Of a stretch of DNA of 64,000 nucleotides, positions 48,801-60,590 are shown one piece after another (within the stretch, counting starts at the first letter, position 1; every line of letters begins with the position of its first letter). The stretch is from Hydrolagus affinis (lineage: Eukaryota): NCBI GenBank assembly GCA_012026655.1, contig JAAILG010000369.1, positions 1 through 64,000 on the forward strand, written 5' to 3'. The notes under the pieces were generated by a model. The model worked only from the letters and a program-made list of their open reading frames with translations, was not told where the DNA came from and ran no database searches. Position numbers and translations under genes: made by a program.

Positions 48801-51119
48801 GCATCGCAAAACATTTACTGGCACGTATTTCTAGTGATCTGTTCTAACTCTTAAAGGCTACACAGTAACTATTTCAATCAAAACTTCTAGCAAGATACCC
48901 TGTCAGTACGCCAACACGTTTCAGTGCGGCAATTCAAATGTAACAAATTGATCCCTGAGGTTAGATAAAGAATAACACTAAAATAGGTTTTAAAAGAGGT
49001 AGTATCAAACAGGAAGTGCAAGGCTAGAGCACATGAGAGTAGCAGCTTCTATTCCCTGTGAATCTTTGGTATCATAAAGCTCTGTTTTATGCAAGCAATT
49101 CTAAAAAAAAATCACCACCAGCATTGCGATGGGTCAATGGTACTCTTTGGATTACGAGCAACCAAGAGGTTACTTAATTTAATGGCAACACTGAAGTGAA
49201 TTTGTTCTGCATTGGTTAAGCAGGTAGGCAGGCAGGCAGGGGCATTCATTAACTATTTGGAGCAGAATTCAGTTATCTTTTTCACTGATAAAATCCTTGT
49301 GCAGAATAGAATGGTGGTCATTTCTATTATATACATATTCCACAGCAGAATTCACAATTCCACCTCTGCAAAATTCTGTTAAGAGCAGGCCATCTATTTT
49401 TCAGAATGCATCCGAAGCAACAGATAGCTTCCATTCAATTTGAAAACTACAATCAAATTTGAAACTTATTATTAATTTAGGTTCTGAATCAAACTACCAT
49501 TCAAAAGCAAGCAAAATTCTTAATATGGCCTCAGCGAATTTGAAAGCTTTAGTACTGTTCTCCAGAAAGTTTTGTAAAGTGAATTATTCAGTGTGCAATG
49601 TGACATTATTGGCATGTACATGTCATGCAATCTAACGTAATGCATCAGTAAAATGCAGTTCATTATCTAGGTACTTCATTATTAATGAAAAAAATGTCAG
49701 GGTGATGTGGTTCTATAAAAAAAAGTTTGTGCACAGAAGCCTTCAAACAGGGAGCCCACACTACTGAGTCAGTACAGTAAAGTTCCTTAGAATGACACCG
49801 GGCACTTGAAAACAATTTGATTACAATTCTTGGTTTGCGCAATTTAGGTTTCTTCAACAGACAGTGTACCCAAGGGGACTATAATACTGTACTGGGGCTT
49901 TCAAATTTAGAAAGGAACTTCCCAATGTGACAACAAATCATCCCAAAATAACGAAGTACAAGATAAGCGTGATTTCACCGACAAATGAACCAGCGGATGA
50001 TCAGCATATTCACTGATAGAGAGGTGCAAAAAAATGTACTATTTGCTGGGATGCATGAAATCAAAACCTACCAAGGCCAAGTGTGATTTGGGTCACTGTA
50101 GGAGGCATGTAATTCCTAATTTCTGCATCTGCATCGTATTTTCCAGTTTTTAGAACAGGAAGCATTTAGGTAATCATTCCAGTTAACCCTGGCCTGGTTC
50201 AATCTGAACGTTATGCATTCCAGCAGATACTCAACTCAGCGCCTCTAGGTACCCAGACCCACATTTTATGTTGGTTCAGATGCACATTTGTTTCCAATGG
50301 CAAGTGTAGTGTANNNNNNNNNNNNNNNNNNNNNNNNNNNNNNNNNNNNNNNNNNNNNNNNNNNNNNNNNNNNNNNNNNNNNNNNNNNNNNNNNNNNNNN
50401 NNNNNNNNNNNNNCACCCCCCCATCCAGGAACAGGGGTGGAAAAGTTGCAATGTGATCTTAATTAGGTTTCAAATATTTATCAGCGATTGCACTAGGGAT
50501 CTATTTAATATTCTGTTCAGGTTTTTTTGTTGCTGCCTTCTCTCTGCCTCAGTTTTTTTTAAAAAAAGAGACTTGAGGGAACCAAAATAGGTTTGGATGC
50601 CCTGCTCTGCCTTTCAGTATTCATTTTAGAATGGCACCTGCACATGTAAACAGAGCTTTAGTCAAACACTCTCATGGCAATGTCCTTACAGCCCTACAAC
50701 ACAACAGAACGATATCAACAAACATTTCTTTTAGCAAAACAAATATTGCTGTAAGGAAGGAACAGCTATATTAAAGGTAATAGGAGTACAATACCTGTTA
50801 AATACTGGAGTTTACCATTCCGGTAACATTGAGGTAGATTCTTTTTTTTCAGTAGAAAGCCTGAAATATTATTTCTGCTCCAGTGATATACCTTTAAAAA
50901 AAACAATCAAAAGAAATGTAGCGGTCCTTTTTCACATTTTTTTTTGAAATACAGACATTCATGGTGGGTAAAATAAAAATGTAACATTCATAAAAACAAA
51001 AGCGTGGTTAAGAATCTGGGAGGTGTAAAAAGACCCAGATTTGCTTTCCCGAGTGTTCTTTGGTTCCCTGCACATTGTCCACTGTGCAGATAAATTACTG
51101 CACAATACGGTGGGGCTGC
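45828..51119 (-). other. PRTG: Inferred long PRTG 3' UTR (>5 kb, contains an assembly gap)
   Basis: AT-rich, lacks the young SINEs common elsewhere, many miRNA seed sites, AATAAA candidates at 47430 and 45828. Confidence 0.6.
50314..50413. other. Assembly gap (100 N, true size unknown)
   Basis: Run of N. Confidence 1.
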
Positions 51120-51563
51120 CTATATTAGAAATTGGTTGTCGTCATTTTCACCAGCAGTCTTTAGAGAAGGCATTGGACACACTGGCAAGGCCAGCAGGTC
51201 TGAGGTAGTCGTCGTGGTGTGTGAAACAATCAGCAGGAGTTGGGCCTTCTCCGAGGCGGGCGACACAGGTGAGCCGGACACCTTCGCGGGCGGGAAAGGG
51301 CCCTCGAAGGTGGGTGTGGTGCAGATGACGGACGAGAGGTGAGCCAATTCCATTTCCTCCCTGGAGTCGTGCGAGTATCTCCCCGAGTCGGCGGTCTCGT
51401 GGCTCCCCTCGCTGTTGTGGGAACATTCGGTGTCGCCCGCAGTGCTGAACACGGCCTGGAGGGACACGGGGGGGGCCAGCACACAGCAGTCAGACTCCTC
51501 ACGGGTCAGCGCAGCGGACGTCAGGTGATAAGAGCTCAGGTCCCGGCCGTTCCTTCGCAGTGA
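51120..51563 (-). CDS. PRTG: PRTG last coding exon
   Basis: Acceptor cacag; contains [24 protein letters not shown]; TAG at 51120. Confidence 0.93.
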   Translation of the reverse strand, partial: SLRRNGRDLSSYHLTSAALTREESDCCVLAPPVSLQAVFSTAGDTECSHNSEGSHETADSGRYSHDSREEMELAHLSSVICTTPTFEGPFPPAKVSGSPVSPASEKAQLLLIVSHTTTTTSDLLALPVCPMPSLKTAGENDDNQFLI

Positions 51564-52388
51564 CTGTGACCAAAACAACAATGTGTAGGCGTTACGTTTA
51601 GCTACAACTTCAAATCATACAGTCCAGTCAGGCCCCTTTTAAGCCACAAAAAAAAGCAGGGGGTGGGGAGGGGGGGGGTTTATAAAATACAACACAAATT
51701 CCTTCTCATTGAATGTTCATGCAAGTTTGATTAAAACTCATCACGGTGAAATTGAAAATAGGAATCCCCATTGTAACTTAGTTGGTAAATGCCAACTGCG
51801 TTGCCAATAAGGACAAGGAATGACCTGATGTCTGTCCTTATGTCATTAACCAATCTGTTGCTCCCTCTTATCAGTTAAGAGCTCGAATCTGACCTGCTTC
51901 TCTTTGGGTGCCTTCGTCGGTTTCTTTACAGATCTAAAAAATGACCACTTTGGGGGCTTTTCCTCCACTTGGGCAGAGCTCCTGATGATCGCGTCAGTTC
52001 CACCCTGTCCGATCGAAAAACATAATCCATTTAATCATTTGCCAAGAGTCAAGATTGAAAAACTACAGGCAGGTGGGCTGCTCCGGCCACCCATATGACA
52101 TGAGTGGGGCCACTGGAAAAACACCTTGTAAATTCTCTCTCTCTTACCCCACCACCCCCATTCATCTTCAATTATTCACGTCTTAGAATCACGATACTAC
52201 AAATGTTTCTATGTGACACTGACTGACGTGTGTAGAGAGAGCAACATTGGTTGCTTCAAATAATGGGAAGAATCCACAGCTCTGATAACAACTGCATCCA
52301 AGTTAAAAGTCTGGCTGACATGAAAGAAAAGACGAAGGGTTTGATTTTAGTTGTAAAAAGAGGAAAGTTCCTTTTTTAAAAAAAATAA

Positions 52389-52429
<41 letters not shown>

Positions 52430-55276
52430 ACAGGAAGACCAACTTACCTTGGTATCCAAAAAGTCACTCCCAGCCATCATTGGCATCAAGCGGTCTCCGT
52501 TCTCTTTCGGTCCGTCCTGACTCTTCTGCACATGGTTTCCATTGACCAGTGGTCGGGTCACGTGTGCCAGCTGGATGTTACCCTGTTGCTCAGCCTTGAT
52601 AGCAGATGATTTTCTAAGTCATAACAAGAAGCAGCACCATTAAAAGGCCGATCTCCAGATTGACAAGTGTGTAAGCGATGCGCGCATTTATACAATTAAG
52701 ATATTGGATCGTTAGGTATTTTCTAAAACTTCCACGCATTGGTGTGTAAAAGGTATTGGTGGATTCTAACTTCAGGGAATCTGCACAATTACACACAGCA
52801 AAGAGGCATTGATTACATTAATAATAATCCTTACATTTGAAATAGCGCTTTTCACATCTTATCGACGTCTCAAAGCGCTTCACAGAATATACAGTAAAGT
52901 GAATTGACTGTATATTTGTGGGCGAAACGCAGCAGCCAATTGCGCACTACAGTGTCTCATGAACAGTCGTGGATTAAAAATGACCAATTTTTATTAGTGT
53001 GGTTTTTTTGGGGATGGATTATTATTCATGACATTATTCACGATTATTATTAACCACAACACGTTCATACAAATCATCTGAAAATATATGCTTTGTATAA
53101 AATCTTCCAATTATCTCTCCTTCCCCAAACCTACAGTGGTTGAGTTGCATGTTCACACAATACCTGGCTTTGCTTCTGTAAACGAGGATAAGGATGCAAA
53201 TGACGATACAAGTCAGGGCAATGCAAACTCCAACAATAATTCCAGTCATTGACTTTTGGTCCAGGTGGTAAAAGCCGTCGGAATCCGCTGCTGTGTAAAC
53301 ACAATGATACCGGAAGTTAGAACGATTAACTCTTAAGTGCTTCAGTGTGCTCGCTTTCGGTTGTTAGGATACCTTCACCACTGTTAATTTTGGAGCCGAG
53401 AGATTTCACAGGAGCAAAAATAAAGTGGGCAAGAATCTGAAGCTCTTGATGGCTCGAGAATCACCCAAACAACCGATTTTGCACTGACGTGCAAGTTAAT
53501 CTTTATTATTATTATTTTTTATTTATATAGAGAAAAGCTTTTCTAAATTTATACAATTAAACAGTGCAGAACTACCCATGGGTAGATGGGTACACGATTG
53601 GGTTTTAGTTAATTCTGAGTAGGACAACTTCTTTATTTAGCCATAATTCACTGGAGCCAGCATTTAGTTTGCACGTGTCACTTTGTACGTGTCAAACGCC
53701 CCCCCACCATTTTATTCCCTCTGCAAAGCACAAGGTGGGGTTAGAGCACAACAGGTGTCTGCAAATCCACTTGGAATGTTTGACAAAATCAAGCCCTTCA
53801 CAGAACTCACATCCACCCACTTTAGTTTTGACAAAAAATGAATCCTTTGGATTTTCAAACACTGCTCTGCACACACAGCTGGTAATTGTAATGTGACTTT
53901 CCTTTCTTCCCTCATCCCCCCATCGCACCTACCCCTCAGCCCCACCTCCCACCACCAACCCAACCACCACCTCTGTAGATGTGCACTTGCTCAGTGTTGA
54001 ATCATTCCCTCTAAATACAGTCTGATAACATTGAATGAACGAATTCATTTCTGAATGAATTCAATGCTGCTGTAAAACACATTCTTTGCCTTCACCCTCG
54101 AAAATGAGAGCTTTTTATTGCATCACTAAACTATCAGTGGAAAATATTCCTCTCCTCCTTACTGGCAAGCTAAACCCCATAACTTGCATTAAGACCATTC
54201 AAACCAGACCTTGCTTGAATACAAAAATATTAAAAGCGCAATGATTATTATAGATCTGCATTTTGCTATTTCGGCCGTGATATAATTAGGACTTAATTAG
54301 CAGCCAGTTGGGAGAACTGGCTGACAGACATCACTGACGGGCTTTAAGTTGTCTGGTTTTAGATTCCTTCTTTGCAGGTTTTTGATTGCTTTACTTGTAC
54401 TGTTTCGCTGACAAGTAGGCCCGTTGAGGCTGCCATTAAGAGAGGTATTGTCAGGAACAGCCTAAAGGATTACATTAGCCACATAGTTGGAGCACTTGCT
54501 TAATGGCAGCTGACTGTTTACTGACCTTTGGCATCTCCATTGCTGTGAGAGTCAGACCACTTAGGTCCCTGGCTGAGGTATACAGTTTCCTTTGGAGGAA
54601 TGGCCAGTTCCAAAGTGCTCGAAAACGGTCCTTCTCCTACTTCGTTGGTTGCCGATATCTTAATGAGGTAGATGTTTCCGGGGAGAAGGTTCTCCAGCAA
54701 AGCCATGGTAATCGTTCCTACAAAGAAAAAAATATGGAATCAATGGATCGTGTATTAGTGAAGACCAAGGGTGGCAGAAGCTCTCCATTACTGGGCTTGT
54801 CGAGTTAGGTGTTGAAAGATCCCATGGTTCACTATTAGAAAAGGGAAAGGAGTTTCTCCTGGTGTCCTGGCTAACAATCCTCCAGATTTAAAATCAAATG
54901 GGTCATTTATTTTGTGGCTGTTTGTGGGGCATTGCCACACACAAAATTGGCTCCCACGTTCGCTTACAAAAACAGTCACTAACAATCACAGTAAATTATT
55001 GGCCAGAATGACCAGTGGGTACTAGAACAAGCTAGACTGTTTGCAACTCAGGAATTGGGTCACTGTACAGTCATTAGTGGTAATAACAAAGATTCCAGCA
55101 GATTCAGATTGGAATAAGAGGAGAGCCAATAGCAGTACTGTACTAATAAACATGATAGAATATTCATTGCAACCACAGTAAACTTCTCTGATCACACAGG
55201 ATTATTGGGCAAATCACCATCATAACTGCTGGGAGCTTTCCTCTGCTTGACTGATGCACATCCTTAGAGTCAGTCA

Positions 55277-55307
<31 letters not shown>

Positions 55308-58300
55308 ATGTCCATGCACCGGCCACTAACAAACCAGGTCACAAAAACATCAATCACAGACTTAGGAAGAGACGAATAGCAAAACTTCCCCACTTTAACC
55401 AACAACAAAAAAAACAGAATTTTTTATATTATAAAATCCAAGTGTGCAGGAATGCGGTCAGCTTCTCACACAGAATACCAATGATCCGATGACCTTGGGT
55501 GGGGTGGGGGGCGGGGGGGGGGGGAGAAACGCATTTGTATTTTGAGGGTTGGATGAAGAGGCTGTCGCTATTGTGTTTCAATCATGGAACAAACACTGGG
55601 GTCTGATCTTTTTCAGATCTATTAATTATAAAACAGCAACAAGAGGAATTCTATACCGTGCCACCGTCTCTGTTGGACTTTGTTATGATCCATCACTTTC
55701 AGACAGCTGAGTGTAACGTATACATGGGAAGAAAAAGAGAAGGAAAAAAAAAAATTCTGGTTTCAACCAGGGTCGGGTTCACAAAGTAGATCCAAAGTGG
55801 AGGCGGCATTCCCCGTCCCTCAAGAAAGGGGTCAGATTTCAACAGCAACACATCGACACGACAGCCTTCGTCTGATTGGCAGCATTAAAAGGATCTGTCC
55901 TGGGCATGACTTACTGGGGACCTAAGAATGCTGGGGTTACAATGCTCCTAACTTCTGACCCTCTCAGAGGTGGTGCAGCAGAACAAAGCAAAGATGCTTC
56001 GCATTGCTTACCCTGCTATCTGTAATCGATTAGGATTTCCTTCCGATAAGCACGTGTGGAAGTGAAACCAGCAGGTTCGTAATATACACTCTGTCCTCGC
56101 TTAACGGCGCAGTTATGTAACTGTACTGTCGCAGTACAGTGTCTATGTACACCTACGCTACCCAAAGTGGCTTGTTTCCACCCGCGCGAACGACGTAGTA
56201 ACAAACGTTCGCAATGTTAAATGAATATATGTTCCCCAATGTATCAGCAACGCAAAAACAAAACAACGTTGATCGAGGCAACGTTGAGCATGAGGTCTAC
56301 CTGTACATTGCAGTGCGAAGATACATTCACACCATACATTAACAAAAACTCCTGCAACGACCACTAACTTTAACCTGTACCTGCAAATGATGACATCTGG
56401 TATTTTAGTTCAATCTCACTCACTTGGAACGTTTTACAGGGCTGGAAAACTGACCCAAATATTGCTTCTCAAGACTGTAAAATATGTAATATGTCAAATA
56501 ATCCTTGCATTTGATATTGCGCTTTTCACGACTTCTAGACGTCTCAAAGCACTTCACAGAATATACTGTAAAGTGAATTGACTGTATATTTGTGGGCGAA
56601 ACGCGGCAGCCAATTAATTGAGCAACAGCAGTGTCCCACAAACAGTCGTAAAAATTATCTGATTGTAAATTGAAGGAAAATCAATTGAAGCCCAGGTTCT
56701 CAATATAGCTTTAAAATACCATTCAGGTTTTATCAACTATCTATTCACGCCAGGTTCCGTTTTTAAGTTCCAATTTGATCGCTTCTTTATATGCGGTGAT
56801 TGTTGTGCTGGGACATGGCAAATACATTTACTAATTTCTACACATTGAGTGTCAACCCAAGCTCTATATACAGGTTGGTCACCGTACAAACTTTGTACAG
56901 GTCGGTTACTGGTCACTGACTGATTTGCGGTGAGTAGAAGCACAGTACACTGACATATGGAAGTTGCATAGTTATATATCGTGCAATAGAAGTCCCCGGA
57001 AACTCTCTCCTCACAGCTGTGTCAAGAGCAACACTGGATGAAGCCTGGACGCTTTCAATCAATAAATGTGCCTGCAAATCTTATGCTTTATTTTTGTTTA
57101 AAAGACAAGAGAAATCCAATGTACGGTGACACACAAGAGAGAGAGCCAAAGGGAATGATTTGCCACATCGCACAGTTCCCAAGTTACTGCCACAATCACT
57201 GGACCCCGAGAGCAGTGTAGGTTGGGAGCTGGCCAGAATACTGGTACGCTTGGAGAGAAAGCGAACAAGGGAGTCTAGCCTGCACGGGAATAACAAAGAC
57301 ACCCACCGGCCAAAGATTACGTCCCAGAAAATAATCACATGCTTATAAACTCCCAAAAAGCCCATTGAGCGACCTTCCTCACCTTCCCTGTGAAGCACTT
57401 CCCATTCGCCCGCAATCCAGGCCTTTCGGGAAGCGTAAAGGATGGTGTAGTGAGTGATGGCTGTGGTGGTGTCCTCTGGAGGCTTCCAAGAAACCAGGGC
57501 CGTTTCCTCTTCTATCAGAGTGACCTTCACGCCTGCCGGAGGGCTGACCGGGGCTGCGGAACAAAACAATCAATGAGGGAAGGTACGGACAGCCCAGATT
57601 ACAGCCTGCAAACTCCTGGTGGGCGCCTGACTTTGGGGATTCCCCCACCCCTATCCCTCCGTGAGGCTGACCCGTTTGTTCATTACCCACAAACAGATCA
57701 GGAATCTCACTGCGTTGGGGAGGTCGAAAGCCTTTGAAACGGTGTCATTAATTTGCCAGCAGACTGCGCGTCTTATGAGCCGATCTCACAACGCGCATTT
57801 TCAGGGTTCGTTACAGAATTGGGAGATACTCGAGTCTTTTAACAACCTACTGCCTCGCGCAAGAGAGACAGATAGAGACACAGAGCGAGGGTGATGCTGG
57901 TCTCACCTTCTGGCAGAGTCGTCTGATAAACCACCGGACTCCAGGGGCTGGAGAGCTGGTCTGCGTGGAGACGTACGGCAAACTCATACTTAGTGAACGG
58001 TTGCAGACCCCGGACAAGCATGTGCGTTTCAGCCCTATTCAATTCGGAGCGGGGGAGAAAATGAACAATATAAATAGAATGAATTTCACAACAACATCAT
58101 CATCATCATCAAACAACAAGAAGCAATGGATTTTGACCCGAACTGGGGGTTGGTATCAGGAATGGTGGACAGCAGGGGGTAGGTGGGTAGCCGAAGGCAC
58201 GGTCAAATAGAAATGTCTTGAGATGGACTTTGAAGGAGGTAAGGAAGCAAGGCTCAGGGATTGTGAGACTGGGATTGGGAGTTCTGAAGGATGGACCACC

Positions 58301-60590
58301 GATGGTAGGGTGGGTGGGGTGGGGATGGCCGGGTGAGGGGCACGGAGCAGAGGGAAAGGGTTAATTCAACCACACGCTCAATAAAAGAAGTCGTTGGCTT
58401 CGGTGACACAAACAAGAGCTGAATCCACAAACGCAGGCGCAGAACTTACGTCTGAAGGTACATGACCAGTGAGGCGTTCTGCAGCCCCACAGGGTTGCAG
58501 CGGACGGTGTAGTTGATGACTGGCGCGGCGGTGAAGGCTGGCTTCCCCCAGTGCAGGAAGATGGCAGACGAACTGTTGGTCTTTGCATACAGGTGGTGAG
58601 GCGGAGGTGGGGGAGGAACCATGCGATCTCGAACAGCTGTTAATCCAAATTTTTTTAAAATTATAATCATTTAAGGCTTAAAACAAATATGTATTTAAAC
58701 GACAACTTGCATTTCATATAGCGCCCAGTGTGTAGGATAATGTCTCAAGAACGCTCAAGAATGACAGGGTCGGACGCCAGCTAAGCAAGGGAGAGGAGAG
58801 GAGAGGGGAATGTAGGCTCGGGTGAAGAGGTAGTTTTTAAAGATGGGACTTCAGACAGGTAACAATCACAATCCTTGTTTTTGACACTGTGGCTTATCGT
58901 GTCGTCGAGACATCTCACATGATATCCTGGAAGGTGGTATGACTTGTCTATGCTTTTGTGGGCAAAGGTGGCAGCCAATATACACAGAGCAATGTCCAAC
59001 AGACAGCCATATAGTGAGTGACCACAATTTCCTGTCCAGGCCAATGGAGGATAAGAGAAGGGGTGGGACAAAGGGGGTAGAGAGGGAGGGAGCTGCAGGT
59101 AAGAGGTATGCAATATGAAACCCGGATTTTTTTTTCCTTAAAATCACAATCTTATTACTGGGGCATTAATTTAAGTAAAGTGGCTTCTACGGAATACAGC
59201 CGCACACAAAACCTGCGCTTGAGGGATAAGGTGTCTTGAACCTCTGGGACCACAAACTCTAGAATTACAAGGTGGATTTGATTACAAATACACAGACAGA
59301 TTATGTGGATATGAGTCATATCAGGTGATGCGCTTCTGCTAGAAGATTGAAAAGTGTAAACTTTTTTTGTTGTTGCTTTATCCACTGCAGTATTATGCTG
59401 TCAAGATGCTTCTTTAAAAGGGAAAAAAAAAGGTGATGAAAAGTGTAGCAATGGTATATTATCCAGCAACGCGCAGTTTGGTTTACATTTTTATAGCATC
59501 TTGCAGGTTGGGAGGACATTGCAACTAGAAAGGTGCTTTAAAAATCACTAGCTGGGCTCTTAAACTCGAGGTGGGTACCAAAGGTGGCTGGGGAGAGGAA
59601 GGATGACTGAAAGTGCGATTAAATAAGCATGTCTATAAGTAGAACCAGTACATGTAAAGATGCTTTTGAGGGTTGGGATTAAAAAAAGGAATAAAGGGAG
59701 CTCAAGAAAACTTAAGCAGCCAAATTGGTTGGCAGAAACTGCAAGGTAAAAATGTGTATTGAACAGAAACGCACACAAAAGGGCAAGAGACGGGTTTAAA
59801 TTGTTAAAACGAAAAACATTCCCCCCCCCCAAGGTATTGATTTGCTGGATTGCTCTGTGCTTTTCAACAGCCTTCGCTGTGAAGGGCTTGAATTTATTGT
59901 TCTGTGGTCGGAAGCTGTGCTTTTTTGCTAAGCTTTTTTGTGGGACACAATTCCCACCTACTGTATTTTCCGAGATTGTTTTGTTCACCCAGCACAAACC
60001 ATTTTACCTGCTGGTGTGCGAGTTCCTCAAGTGTGTGTGTTTTTTTAAAAAAACGAGAAAGAAAGGCCTGCCGAAAATAATTTATAAAACAAAACAAACA
60101 CGAGGAGACTCAAACTTCCTGGAAATCTCAGTGATTAATGGAAGCGAGTGACTCTAAAACAACTAACTAGCAGCTTTAGCTGTGATTGACAGACAACCTT
60201 TGTTTACCAACCCTCTTAATGACTTGACTTTTGAATTTAGCATTTTGTCATCTGGATTAAGAATTTGGTGGTGGGATGGGGAGGGGGCCGGGCGGGGGGG
60301 AGGGGGTGGGGGAGGAAGGAAGAGTGAAAGAAGTGAAAGGAAAACATTTTGGATGGCTACATTTTAAAATAAATTGATAAGCATTAAGAGCGAATTCCCA
60401 CCAACTCCAGTTTCACTCAGAACACAACTAACATGCAGAACTTGCATGTAGGTTACATGTTCCTACATAGGAATGTTAAAGGTGGTGCACTTACACACAC
60501 ATCCAGGGGTGCTCACAGTCTGATCTGCCTGGTACCCTTCACCCATATAATTATACGCCAGCAACCTCATATGGTACTTCCGTCGAGGAT
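51120..60590 (-). CDS. PRTG: Protogenin (Ig/FN3 DCC-neogenin-related receptor), 3' part; gene continues beyond the window end
   Basis: Exons 60495-60590, 58450-58636, 57907-58034, 57383-57553, 54526-54717, 53164-53290, 52448-52613, 51894-52004, 51120-51563 with consistent phase. Peptides [32 protein letters not shown] segment [45 protein letters not shown]. Confidence 0.97.
51894..52004 (-). CDS. PRTG: PRTG cytoplasmic exon
   Basis: [10 protein letters not shown]...KWSFFRS...KQ|gtcaga, 111 nt. Confidence 0.9.
52448..52613 (-). CDS. PRTG: PRTG cytoplasmic exon
   Basis: KSSAIK...[14 protein letters not shown]|gtaagt. Confidence 0.92.
52818..53030 (-). mobile_element. SINE 3' part
   Basis: Same family. 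Confidence 0.85.
53164..53290 (-). CDS. PRTG: PRTG transmembrane exon
   Basis: [23 protein letters not shown]...; tandem CAGCAG acceptor. Confidence 0.95.
54526..54717 (-). CDS. PRTG: PRTG exon (FN3/juxtamembrane)
   Basis: [33 protein letters not shown]. Confidence 0.95.
54750..54985 (+). mobile_element. Deu-domain SINE fragment
   Basis: gttgaaagatcccatgg..cactatt.gaa...ggagtttctcctggtgtcctggc is a typical Deu-type body. Confidence 0.55.
56087..56303. mobile_element. Tigger/pogo-like MITE
   Basis: Flanked by TA; degenerate TIRs ca...cctcgcttaacg and cgttgagcatgaggtctacctg. Confidence 0.5.
56497..56650 (-). mobile_element. SINE 3' part
   Basis: Same family. Confidence 0.85.
57383..57553 (-). 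CDS. PRTG: PRTG exon (FN3)
   Basis: [16 protein letters not shown]...EVLHRE. Confidence 0.95.
57907..58034 (-). CDS. PRTG: PRTG exon (FN3)
   Basis: [22 protein letters not shown]...TLPE. Confidence 0.95.
58450..58636 (-). CDS. PRTG: PRTG exon (FN3)
   Basis: [18 protein letters not shown]...MYLQT. Confidence 0.95.
60495..60590 (-). CDS. PRTG: PRTG exon
   Basis: [14 protein letters not shown]...STPGCV, 96 nt. Confidence 0.95.

Noticed and set aside
57081-57382. Extension of the 162-aa ORF beyond the PRTG exon
   Set aside because: Read-through into the intron after a strong G|gtgagg donor
59560-60151. 145-aa and 130-aa opposite-strand ORFs in a PRTG intron
   Set aside because: Non-ATG starts, homopolymer-rich, no homology recognised
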